A DNA stretch of 64,000 nt from Lama glama (taxonomy: Eukaryota), in assembly GCA_028534125.1 (NCBI GenBank), contig CM052818.1, positions 21,640,001 through 21,704,000 on the forward strand, in the 5' to 3' direction. Position numbers and translations under genes: made by a program. A model generated the notes under the pieces. That model searched no databases, was not told the DNA's origin, and saw nothing but the letters and a program-made list of their open reading frames with translations. The number at the start of each line of letters is the position of its first letter. Position 1 is the stretch's first letter. Shown in pieces: positions 12,378 through 25,091 of this stretch.

Positions 12378-12720
12378 TTCATTCATTCAACAAACTTGTG
12401 TTTATTGAGTTTGGGGAGGCAAATGAGTAAGACATAGCCACTGCCCTGTCTGCTGAAGAGACTGGCAGGTAAGCAGATAATTACAATATAATAGGAAACG
12501 GTTACAATTAAAGTATAAACAGAGAGCTCTGGACACAAAGAGAAGCCAGCCACCAACGCTGCTAGGGGACATGAGGTAAGCCCTTCAGAGAAAGTAACAG
12601 TTCACAGTTTCGGTCATCTGAGAAGATGGGGTGATATGTGCAGGGAACAGAGAGAGCAAAGAATGGGGGAGAGTGATGATATCTATAGGCCTGCGGATAT
12701 CTACAGATTCCTTTAGCTAA
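12378..12720 (-). mobile_element. L2 3' region
   Basis: ttcattcattcaacaaac...tttattgag...aatgagtaagacatagccactgccct...gataattacaata. Confidence 0.7.
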
Positions 12721-15700
12721 AAAAAAAAATTCAAATTTCATGTATATCAAGCAGAACTTATAAAAATTGAGGCTACTTTAAATTAGGTTAAGTATTTTTT
12801 TTACAGAAACTTAATTTTAGTAATTTGCATTTGTATCAATAAATAGTAGATAAGGAAAGACCAGAGGTTAAAAAAAAGCTGAATTAAAAAAAAAAACCTG
12901 AAAGAAAACTTTCCTTTACTTTAATAAACATGGAACTTCAAATTTAAAAAAATTAGTTGAATTCAGGTTAAAATATCAATTTTTATAGACCTTATACATG
13001 CTAGAAAAGTTAAAAATTTGAATACCTCCAGACAAGCCTAGAATGAATATAGATACATCAAATAGGATTAAACTATGATATTGTTTGCTTAAGAAATCTG
13101 GGAAATGTTAGGATAAGAGTGACAGAAGGAACAATGACTTGAAAAAGAGTACAACATTTAATAATTGATAGAAAAATTTTATAGAAGCAAGAGCTAGAGG
13201 AATAAGGAATAAAATTATCATACATAATGATACCACCGTAAAAATAACAGCATTTACTGAACTTTTGTCTGGGTACTTGGAATGCTATGGAAAGTGCTTG
13301 CATTTCGTTCAATGCTTGAAACGTTGGCCATCTGGCTTAAAACCATCATACTTAGCAGAGAGCCTGCTCCCCAGCTACTCTGGCCAAAAACTTTGTTCAG
13401 AGAAAAAGGATGGTCTCCATAGCAGTTTTACTAGCTAGGACGTGGGCTAAGTATCCATTTCTATGAAAGATTTTTCTGGTCCCAATTCAGTCAGACACAT
13501 TATCCATTTACCCCTCAATATCTATACACATGCCCCCATCTTACTACCTTGGATAATTAACTCACTCAATGTAGTGGATTCATGCACGGATGTATGTTGT
13601 TCTGTTTGTCTTTATCTCTTATATGTGTTATAAATATTATTTGGTACCTCTTCACAATCTTAAACAAAAACAACATATTTAAGTAAGTCTGCAGGAAGAT
13701 AAGGAAGCAGGGTACCATTCTTACAGAACTTACAGCACACCTCACAAGAAAGAAAAAAATAATTCAAGGAAACACAAGAGATGTAAAAAATTTAAATAAA
13801 GGCAACGTAAGCTGAGTTATGTACACAATAATACAGAGTTGACTACATATTACAACTTTTTTTTATAGGTAGTGCATGTCAATTAACTAGGTGCAATCAT
13901 AGAGATAGAGAGTAAATATATACAACCTTAGGATTTGGCAAAGTCCTGGGCACCTAATGTTTTCTGATAATAATTCTGGTAGACAATAAAAAGTATCAAA
14001 TACGTCAAAGGGTGGAACTTGAATATAGCAGAGAAGCTGATGATTCAGAGCAACCAGGCAGGTTTTAGTCATTTGATGAGAGATATGTAAATCAGATTGC
14101 CAAAGAGAGCATCACTTTAGAAGGAAAACAAACCTCAGTCAAATGTCCTAAGATGTGTTAATACTGAAAGACAAAGATTTGCTACTTTTAGAAGCAACAA
14201 ATTCCTACAGAAGGCTAAATCTATTGCTGAGCCATCTGCTATTTGCAATACGCATAATAAATTCAACAGACGGGTGCACCCCCTGTGTTTCCTATAAACA
14301 GATGGTTTTTTAAGTCTAAAATATCCTATCAATGGGGACCACAACCAACACCAAAAACAAACAAAAAATCCCTCACAACCACACAGCCCACGGTTGAATA
14401 CTTGGTTTCTTTTCATTCAGCATACACATAATAAAGATGGCACTGCAAACCCTAGACTGCCATCCTTCTGTTACCATGAGAGCAATATCTTTTCTTTGTG
14501 AAACACATGTGGAGACAAAGGAAGACTATTCAGCTGAACTGGTTAAGCATCTTTTGTACCTGGAATGTTGATAATACATCTAGTTGGCAGGCAGAAGCAG
14601 TACGGCCAATAAATAGCTCACCTACTTCCTTTATTTACAAAACACGCACACGCACAGCGCACAGACGCCACCACACAAATGAGTGTGTTCAGTATGTAAA
14701 AGGACATGGCAGCAACCTATTATAGCAAGATATCTGATACTAAGATACTTCCCTTAAATTTATGAGAACACAATACTTTTGAATGAAATATTGATATCCC
14801 AAATTTTTTTAAATCTCCTCAAAAGCACTTACTTATGTAACTACATTCAAGCATGTTCTCGAAAGTTAAATATTAGCATTTACGTCATAACCAAGTCATT
14901 CATTCACATGACATTCAAACACACAGTAGTTATTTTTTGGTGAACAGTTTGTGGGCCAGCAAAAAGAAAATATTTTATATGGAACAAAGGCAAAATTGAA
15001 ACTTCAGACAATTTTTTTTAATCTAGGCTAAATATGAAGTGCTGTGAATTCTCAGAATATCACATATTTCCATTCTTCTCATACGAAACATGAAATATCT
15101 TTTAGTACACAAGCTTATGAAAGTCTACAAAGATCACTAAACACTTCCTATATCACTGACAATTTTGATTTAAAAAAGCACATAAAATTTATAAACAGCG
15201 AAATAATAAAAGCTCTACTATATTTATTACTTATTATTTTAATTAGTCTGTCTTAATTTCAATTATATCAGTCACAAATGCCCAGATCTTGGCTTATCTA
15301 AATCAATTATTTGCTCAAAATCAATTAATATAGACATTTATATATAAGATATGCCCTGGAAAAGAATACATAAATATAAATACATTTCAAGTCCACAGTA
15401 TTTAAATATTCCCCATTATTTTAAATTGAACTAAAATTAATAAAAAGATGTAAACCAATAAATAAACCAGCTCTAATGTAATATAACTACAGAAGAAAAT
15501 GAACAGGGTGTCAGATTCTTCCCTCCGTGTAGACCACATTAGTGAGGTAGCAGACAAGGAAATACCTTTTTGATGTTTAATGATTACTATGTCATGTTTC
15601 AATATAGCTGATGTTTACCATGTGCCAGGCATTAAGCAGTTTTCACAATTTAACTCATTTAATTTTTTAGTAGCCCCAGAAATCAACAGTAACATCTCAG

Positions 15701-18700
15701 TAAGAGTAAAATACTACTTTGAAAGCACGATTTTGTTAAAAAGAAATCTGCATGAAAAAGGTAGCCCAAATAATCTCTATTAGCCATCAAAAGACTAGTA
15801 GTTTAAGAAATCATCTTAGCCTATTACAAACGGAGAGTTAACTTAAAATTAAAGGCAAATTTGCAATACTATTCTAAATGAAGACTTAGTCTGACCTCTG
15901 TCTAAAGTATCAAACAAAGTTTCAGAGAGCCATAAAATAATACACATCAATTAATCATCATCATCTGCTGAGTCAAACATTAGAAAATAATGTCAAGAAG
16001 TTACCCTGTAATTACTTTGTGGCTCCTTGAAAACCCATTTGACATAATCACTCTCTGACAGCTGCAAGGGGGAAAATGTTCTATTTCTTCTCCCACCAGT
16101 ACCCTCTTCTGAGAGCCAGGGGCATCGCTTCTCAGCACTTCCTGATCTGCCAAATGTTTACGAGGGAAGTGTGTGGGGTGCCTCTGTAATCAGTGCTCAC
16201 GAGGCCAGTCAGGGGTTGAGAGTTTCCAATCAAAGCTGTGGATTCAGAAGAGTCGCAGTCAGGGGACAGGCAATGGGCTTATTATTACCAGTGCACAGGG
16301 AGGAAAATTACTCAAGTTCAAGAGAAGAGTATCTGGTTTTATCTAAAACACCACTGGAACATTTCCCTCCATTCTGGCTATGATGTTACCTTTCCATTTA
16401 CAAAAGAAACCTTCAGTATCCACTAGATTGTAATATGTAAAATGGGTTACTTGCCCATATGTGGGTTAAGAGTTACATTAAACTATTTTAAACTCTTTCA
16501 TGTAAACTAGGTGAGAAGTTACATCATCCCGAACCCAGCTGACAAAGCCTGTACAGCCCAGCTGACAAAGCCTGTACTTTCCAGCTAAGGTTTTCGAACC
16601 TAGGACCACAATTGGGTTTTCTGCCTACACTTGATCTGACAGAGCCTAACTAAAACTTGCTCTGAAAAAACACACTGCTTCTTTGACAGCTCATGTCCAA
16701 GATGTGAATGCAGCACTCCATTTCTTCTCAGAACACTTACGTTTGAGCTGACATCTGAGGCTAGTTGTCTACCTCCCAAGGGGCGTGTCCTCTAGTTTTC
16801 TATTATAATTACCACTTGGTTTCCATCAGGTGCATCCACTGGAAGAAAGGCCTAATTTTCTAATAGCACAATGTGATAAGCTTAAGACCCCAGTTCTCCA
16901 GCAACAGAATATGACAGGAGCCTAGAAAAAAAATCCTGCAAAACAATCCTATTGTGAGAAATTGAAGATTTATATTGCACTGAGAATACCTGTGTTCTTA
17001 GCATGGATTTTTCATTTTTTCCATCAGAAGAGATGAGTTAGGCTGGTGACACAGCAAGATTTAGAAAGCCTATTACATTAATGAAAATGTCATTGGTGCA
17101 GTATCTTATACCTCTACAGTAAAAAAGGAAAAAAATAAAGACCAGGAAAAGAAGAAAGCAATAAAGGAACTAACGAGACAACACTATAATAAACACCAGT
17201 TACTGGCAGGCCATTTTATCCAACTGACAACGACAAAACAGGAAAAAATCGTTCAGTTTGGTACATAAAATTGAATTGGGAAGTGCTAATGATAGTATTC
17301 TCATTTTCCTAAGATTCTGAGCTCTTCTTCAGAAGTTAGCACAAAGATAATTTATCCCACTTCTCAAATTAAAATGAAAACTTGAAAGAGGAAAAAACAT
17401 CACTTTATCAAAAAAATTTCTATTTACAGTATATTCAGGTTAAAAAAAACAAACTCATGCAGAATGGAAAAAAAATCTTTCATTAAAAAGGAACAGGTTA
17501 ATTGTGCTGGCCTAATTTAAGTCAATATCATTCTTGCTTTTGTCCCCAATAATGCCACTTGCATATTTATGAGTAAGAGAATTCTGCATGAATTGACTAT
17601 TTATTTCATAGCTGGCATTTTAAAATAACTTTTTAATAATAATGTGCTACAACAATGATAATCTTACTTATTAAAGCCTTATTTATTTAGTGTTGTTATC
17701 TCTTATTGGACTTCAGCAAATCTTTACTAATTTAACATTACAACTTCATATCTTTTCCTAATCTCATGTAATTTACCCTACTTAATTCCTTGCTTCTGGA
17801 TATGCTACATTTGTCACCCAATGAGTTTGTTTCACTGGTCATTTACTTTTAACAGTAAAGCCAAACTATTTGAAGGGAATAATCTCCCTTCAAATCCAAC
17901 ATACGAAAAAGACTCTTATTTATCCAGCATTTTGTGCCATGAATTGAAGCTTTATTGCAAAGAGTAAGCAATAAACAAAAACACCTCAGGGGCCTGGGAG
18001 GAGCAATGTAACCAATTACATTTAATTAAATCAAAGGATGGGAGCCCCAGGGTTGAATGAGCTGAAGAACAAATTTGCATTAACACCTAGCAGCCAAACA
18101 AGTAGCTCTGGGTCTAGTCTGCAAGTACAATCGTTGCCATCTATTCTCTGCACTGAAGGGGGGCCATTAGCTAAATTCTTAGGCATTGTTTGTCCACTGA
18201 TGAGAGGCTGCCTTCTCAACATTTCACTCCATCACACATGAAAATTGCCTACTAAAATAAACAGCTTCCTCTGAAAGCTCAGAAACAAACATTATTACCT
18301 GACTCCAGTTTGCAATTTAGTGAAAATTCTTCAGGGCTGCTAAAGGAGAAAAAAAGAAAATGAAAGGTGTGATTCCAGGCCCTAACTTTACATTTGATGG
18401 AGATCATATGTTTGAGCAGATTCTTTTATACCATCAGAGACCACAAGGGAGGTTATTCCACATGCTCCACCAAGAGGACCTTTGCTTCAGATGGAACACG
18501 TTGACTTGATCCTACAACATGAGATTCTCAAACATACAGAGCTGAAAGCCCATTCTGCTATTCAAGTCACAATTCCCAAAACAATGCTCTCACTTTATAG
18601 AAAACTTCTCCCTTGGTGACTTACTATTTTTATTATTCAGGAAATTTTGTCTTAATATACTTTTACACACACACACACACCCCATACATGATTATCTATC

Positions 18701-21700
18701 ACAAACTCTATTTAACCCTATTTAATGAGAATCTACCTAATTATGGTAAGTTAACCTAATTCTGGTAGGTTTCGTTCTTTCGTCTTATACATTCCTCTTT
18801 TAGTCTCCTTAAAATATTACATTCTCAAACAAACAAACAAAAAAAACAAAAAACAAAACCCCCAAACCTTGGAAGGGTAACCCGGTAAGTCATTAGTAGT
18901 TCTGCTTTGGTAGATGATGAGAAAGTGTGATAAAATAAAGATCAAGAAAGAGGCAAAGACACAGGTCTGGCTAAGGCTAATTCAGACTGAACAACCAACC
19001 AAAATTATAGATGGAATATGATTTGTATCTAGAAATATTAGTCTAATTAACAATATTGAAAAGGTTTTTTTTGTTTTTAAATAAAACCACTTGAGTTACC
19101 AAACTAACAATTTCACATTGCTTCAAAGTCAGCTGCACAGCTTGTAGGGTAGGGATGCCAACTCGAGTCCACGTGGGATTCATATATTTCTGAGCTGATC
19201 AGGTGAACTCACCTGATAAGAACTGTTTTTGGTGGCAGGGTCCAAGGGCCTTACAAGAAGGACGAGGCTCCTTGACTTAAGTTCAAGATGGCTAGAATAC
19301 TCTCACAACCTGTATTTCAAATCCCTTCTTTAGACTCAAAGTCTTAAAGCCCCCAGTGGATGAAGAAAAGACAGGAAAAGGCAACATAACCTGCTGCAAC
19401 AGTACCAGGTTCATACAGGCACTCTAGCAACCAGAGCACATCACACATATATTCATTATAATATTAATCTAGTATATTTTACAGTGGCTATTTATCGGCA
19501 TCTTGAGCTCCATGTTAATTTACATATGAAGCCTGTTAATACTCTGTAGGCAACCATCTTATGCCAAAGTGTTATTCATTTGCTTCCTAGTTATATATGG
19601 CTGGAATACAGCCTCAAGCAAAACTTGCTAAGTATCTTATTTTGGTGTGATTGTTGGTAATCTGACTACCCTGAATCACAAGTACTCAAGTTTCAACAGA
19701 CAACTGATCTTGGGGATGTATTTGATTATTATAATGTATACTAACAAATTCTTAGCATTTTTCTCCAAGTCAAATATTTTCCCAGATATTCTTAATCACT
19801 AGGTATTTAGATTTTCCTAATTGCTAAGAAATCATTCTCAATGGTAGAACCACAAATTTTTATTTGTGCCGAAATTCAAATAATTATTTTACTTACAGTC
19901 AAGTAACCCTTCCACTAAGTATATTTTTCTTTTACCAATTATGCTGACTTGCCTTTGCTTAATTCTGTCTTATACAAACACTAAAATTATTTTGAAAAAA
20001 TTTAAACTATACTTTAGAACTGGCAAAATTTCTAATTATTCTTCTAAACCAAATTACTCGGCAAAATGATTCTCACTTTTTTTAAAGTCATGGACAAAGC
20101 CATTAAGTTTTTTGCTTAATGGATTCAATCCTAGATAGAACCAGAGAGAGAATCAAAATCAGTTTCCCTGAAATAGTCTCCATTTTATACATATGGTTTT
20201 TGATTTAACAGTTCTTTTGCCCTTGGAAAAATGTATCATCATTTATTCATTGCGTTACCAAAGAAAAATGCATAAAGAGTCAATCTTATAAATCTGAAAA
20301 TTTTCTAGTAGATATATGAATGTAAAAATGAGCCATAGCCCTTTCTGTAATCAAAACAGTTCATACCAAATGTCATTGCTTTGATTGCTCTATTAACTAT
20401 CAAAGCATCTATAATGACCTTATCTTTATATTCCTATGATAATTTGCAATCACTGTTTTCTTCTTTTAGTCATGATATTCTTTTTCTCACAATGTAAGTA
20501 AATTTTCTCCATCAAGATGGGTTTTATAACAATGGATAATAGACAGGTAGATTCATTAGTCTCTTCTCAGCTGGTTTTAAAATACTGTTGTCTTTGGTAA
20601 GATAAAGTTGTATTCATTTAAAAACTTGGCCATTATCTATAGTTAAATAGCTTTCTTTTTTTAAATTATTATTTATTTTTATAACTAATGTAAATGAAGT
20701 CATTATAAAAATAAAAATATCATTTTCTTTATTAACTTTATGTTGAACTCCTTTTATGAGACCAGGTACATAGGCCTATATAATACTACAAGTATCTTTA
20801 TCTTTATAACGCTGTATCATTTGGTTAGAAATATTCTTCAAAACTTCCCCTGAAATGTGTGCTGAATTTTTCACATTAAATGCAATTAAACATTTACTTC
20901 TTTAAGCAAAAAACTATAAGAGTCAATGAAGCTTCAAATTCGCAATTCTCTAAGGATTAGGACGGAATGGTAGTAGGGAGCAGATTCTGAACCAAAGTCC
21001 TTCTAAAGGAGTCTGTGCAATTTGAAAACAAAGCAAGACTTTGTCCCTTAACTTTGAGTCACAGTATTGAATGTGTTCAAATTTTGAATACTATTAAAGG
21101 AGAGTGTGAGATTTTACTATTTACCAAAGGGAGTACTTTTTTTAAATTAAAGGATTTGTTTAATGTTCTGTATCATATATTTTAAAAACCAAAACCTTAA
21201 AGGTTTTGTTTTGCCCCTATTCTGCTCTCAGCTTTCTAAGTGGAGCTGGCTGAGTCACACAACAGACTGCAAAGCTCACACATGCAGCAGCAGAATTCTA
21301 CAGTCAACAGAATTTGTAACACTGAAAGCATACATTTACCTCCTCTTCCTCTAGAGGTTCCACTAAAATGGCAATAAAGGAGTTAAAAACTACAAACCCA
21401 CAATACCAAAAAGAAATTAGGAGGTAACATAATAGAGAAAAAGACTATCCCTCCCATGTCCCTATGGAAGATGGGAAGCAATGGAAGAGTGACAATTAGT
21501 GAAGCAACGCAAAGGAACCCAAAAATGGAGAAAGAAGACATTGTACCATCAGAATCCTAGAGACTTCGATGTACCAGATATAAGGGAAGAGGGGTAAGAT
21601 CAGAGCTAAAACTGGAGGGACTAACTGGAAGTCTGTATATAGGGTAGTTGATCTCCTAGAGCCATGTGTCTACCCAATAGAAAAAGAACCTGAAAAGCCC

Positions 21701-22155
21701 ACAGAGGGAACACTCTGCCTTTCACACATGAGTTCTCCATCTGGTCAATCTAAAGCAGCTCCCTACCCATATATCCACGGAGCTCTCACTGGTTTCAGTG
21801 GTCTCATTCTTGCATATGACTGGACAACTAAAGCTCAACAACAGTTGAGAAAAAGCTGAAACTAACAGAGAAAGACCAAGGCAAACAAAGACACAGAAGA
21901 ATGATCTGGGAGAAATTAGAAATAATTTTGGAAATAGATGGAAAAGAAATTCTGAAAGTTTCAGAGAGATTCAAGAAGATACTGCAGATATAAAGTAAGA
22001 ACTTAGTGCATTAAAAGGAAAAAAATTATAGAACAAGAAAGAACTGTTAGAAATTAATAATTTGCTACAAAGGGTAGATAATAAAAAGAAACTCTCAAAA
22101 ATAGTGAGGGAAAAAAAAGGAAAAGAAAAAGAAATGCAGAGAAATGATTGCATTT

Positions 22156-22549
22156 GTGTATTAGGTAGAGCTACATAGTATCACCCTCAGACCCATGAGT
22201 ATTTAATGGCTTAAATATAATGGAAGTTCACTTCTATTCCCGGTCAATGGGCAGCTTTCTTTTAAGCAGTGATTTATTAACCCTGGATCCTTCTGTGTTA
22301 TGGTTCTACCATCCCCTAGAGGCCACGTTATTTACTGCATCTTCCTGGTGAAAGAGGAAAAAGAGAAGACCCAGAAACTAGTAAAAGCAAAGACATTCCA
22401 GAAATAGCATACTTCACTTCTGCTCACACCTGTTGGCTAGAACCTAGTCACATGGTTGCATCTAACTGCAAAGGAAGTTGGAAAATTATAGTTCAGCTGT
22501 CTTCCTAGGAAAAAGGAAACAAGTATTTTGGTGTACAATCTCTGTCACA
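22156..22549 (-). mobile_element. MLT1J-like MaLR solo LTR
   Basis: atggcttaaatataatggaagtt...cacttctgctcacacctgttggctagaacctagtcacatgg...taactgcaaaggaagttggaaaat...tctctgtcaca. Confidence 0.85.
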
Positions 22550-22885
22550 ATATGCATAAGCTACCTTTAGAAAGATTAGAGAAGAAAAAAAAAAACTGCT
22601 ATAGTGCTATTCTCAGGGAACCAGGGTAAATGTGATCATGGTGAGAATTTATGTTTTACCATAAACCAATCTGTATTATTTTAATTTTTAGAGTGATATA
22701 TAGAAGACAGAGAGAAAAATAAGAAACAGGTTCAATCTACTTCATTCAATGTTGATTAATAGGAGTTCTAAAATGGAGAACAGAGAAAATGAATAGTCAA
22801 GGGATTAATACAAAAGAATTCAGACTGAAGGATATTGGATTTGAGATTAAAGAGGCCTATCTATGCACAGAAAGAGTCAATTTTT

Positions 22886-23732
22886 TTTAATTGAACTTTA
22901 GTCAGTTTGCAATGTTATGTCAGTTTCTGGTGTACAGCATGATGCTTCAGCCATACATACACATACATATATTCATTTTCATATTCTTTCACAAGATAAT
23001 GAATTATATAGGTTACTACAAGATATTGAATATAGTTAGTTCCCTGTGCTATACAGAAGCGTGTTGTTTATATATTTTATATACAGTAGTTAGTATCTGC
23101 AAATTTCAAATTCTCAATTTATCCCTTCCTACCCGTTTCCCCCCTGGTAATCATAAATTTGCTTTCTATCTCTGTGAGTCTGTTTCTGTTTTGTAAATAA
23201 GTTCATTTGTGTCTTTTTTTTAAGATTGCACGTATGAGTTATGTCATATGGTATTTTTCTCTCTTTCTGGCTTACTTCACTTAGAATGACAATCTCCAGG
23301 TCCATCCATGTTGCTGCAAATGGTATTATTTTATTCTTTTTGTGGCTGAGTAGTATTCCATTGTGTAAATATACCACAGCTTCCTTATCCAGTCATCTGA
23401 CAATGGACATTTAGGTTGCTTCCATGTCTTGGCTACCATAAGTAGTGCTGCTGTGAACATTGGGGTGCATGTAGCTTTCTGAATTGGAGTTCCCTCCAGA
23501 TATATGCCCAGGAGTGGGATTGCTGGATCATGTGGTAAGTCTATTTTTAGTTTTTTGAGGAATCTTCACTTTTTTCCGTAATGGCTAAACCAAACTACAT
23601 TCGCACCAGCAGTGTAGGAGTGTTCCCTTTTCTCCACACCCTCTCTAGCATTTATCATTCATAGACATTTTAATGATGGCCATTCTGACTGGTGTGAGGT
23701 GATACCTCATTGTAGTATTGATTTGCATTTCC
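22886..23732 (-). mobile_element. Young camelid-type L1 3' end with 14-bp TSD
   Basis: Reverse L1 ORF2 end/3' UTR (IIPFAATWMDLEIVILSEVSQKE; MQINTTMRYHLTPVRMAIIK); TSD aagagtcaattttt at 22872-22885 and 23735-23748. Confidence 0.95.
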
Positions 23733-24389
23733 AGAAGAGTCAATTTTTCATATCTAGGTTTTTCACTGAAAAATTTCAAAGAAAGGACAAAAAGAAACCC
23801 TAAAAGCTTCTTAAAAAACAAATTACAGACTTTCCATTTGCCACACTGGATGCTAGAAGGAAACACACAGGGCTTTCAAGTTCTAAAAGGCAATTATTTT
23901 CTAAGTAGAATTTATACCCAATCAAATAAACAATAAAGTATGAAGGTAGAATACTTCTCCAGATACACAAGGACTCAGAAAATTTCCCTCTTTCTTTGGA
24001 AGTTACCTGAAGATGTGTTTCCATAAAACAAGAAAGTACACCAAGAAGGAAGGCACAAATCCAAAAAAACCCAAGAGATTCAGCCCACGAGAATAGGACC
24101 CCCTGTCCTGCTTCCATTAAAACTAAGATACCTCTTCTTGAGGAATCCATTAAAAAATCATTAATGATGCTTTCATTATTTCTGCAGGTTGAGGATACAG
24201 AGGAAAGATGAGAAGGAAAGAAAAGCTGATACAAGGTGTGATGGGCATTTGGTATATCACAGTACACTGATTCTGAAAAAGGATCTCACTCTACATTGAA
24301 AATGTAAAGCTGTAAGCTGATAAGCCAGGAAATTCACTGTATCTATGTATACCTTCATGAAAAAGCAGCTCACCTTCTAAAAAAGGTGG

Positions 24390-24575
24390 AGACTGATCCG
24401 ACAGATTGATCTGCAGAGGTTCCTGGGTCCAGCCTGCCTTGTTTCCTGTCCCAAGCCTCATTTTTCAACCTTCCCCACAGATTCTGGGAACTGTCCAACA
24501 TCCAATAAATTTTATTTATATTCTAGTTAGTCAGCGTCAGTTTCTGTTATTCTGCAACCAAAAACTAGACACAGA
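24390..24575 (+). mobile_element. ERVL LTR 3' part (LTR33/LTR16-like)
   Basis: ttttcaaccttccc...gattctgggaact...caataaatt...gttagtcagcgtcagtttctgtt...tgcaaccaaaaact. Confidence 0.6.
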
Positions 24576-25091
24576 ATGGAAATGATGAAAAGTCAGAGAT
24601 GAATGGATTCTTAAGTCTTTAAAATATTCTTACCTATTGTTGTTCTAAAAATTATAACTGAGTCATGTGCTTTAAGTTTTCTCTGTTTTGATTTAGGAAG
24701 AAAAAGAGAATGCTTTAGAAACAAAGACAATAGTATTTCACCTGAGTAATTAAGATGTCTATACGCCCGTTCATAAATACTAAACCTGCAAACTTGAATT
24801 ATAAGAAGCAAGATAATTTTTCATTCATCTCTAACATCCTGAATCTATGTTGCAATTGTTTTCACTTTGTATTGTTATTGTGAGTAGTAATATCATCTTT
24901 TAATTTTTTTTAGTGACACATTACTGAGTAAATTTGAAGATATACTTATTTATTAAAGGATAATTACATTTATACATTTGTAGAAAGATATTCTTAGCTG
25001 AGAGAGCATTTTCATTTTATAACTTCAATTTCTACAGTTTTTTTAATCTTTGAAAGAAATGTCCATGGATGTTTTTATCAAACATATAAAT

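Larger units (their letters stand above)
21335..24100 (+). mobile_element. HAL1/L1ME-type element (5' region plus ORF1-like), interrupted by MLT1J and a young L1
   Basis: ccactaaaatggcaataaagg...aaacccaca 5' end; A-rich ORF1-like segments that resume after each insertion (aataggagttc...gaacagagaaaatg; cactggatgctagaagg...ctttcaagttctaa...tagaatttataccca). Confidence 0.65.

Noticed and set aside
17105..17145. Possible recursive splice site (polyY-tgtagag|gtataa on -)
   Set aside because: First AG is not adjacent to the GT and the donor is weak.
23800..24267. 155-aa ORF on -
   Set aside because: Antisense reading of a decayed HAL1/L1 region; no coding signature.
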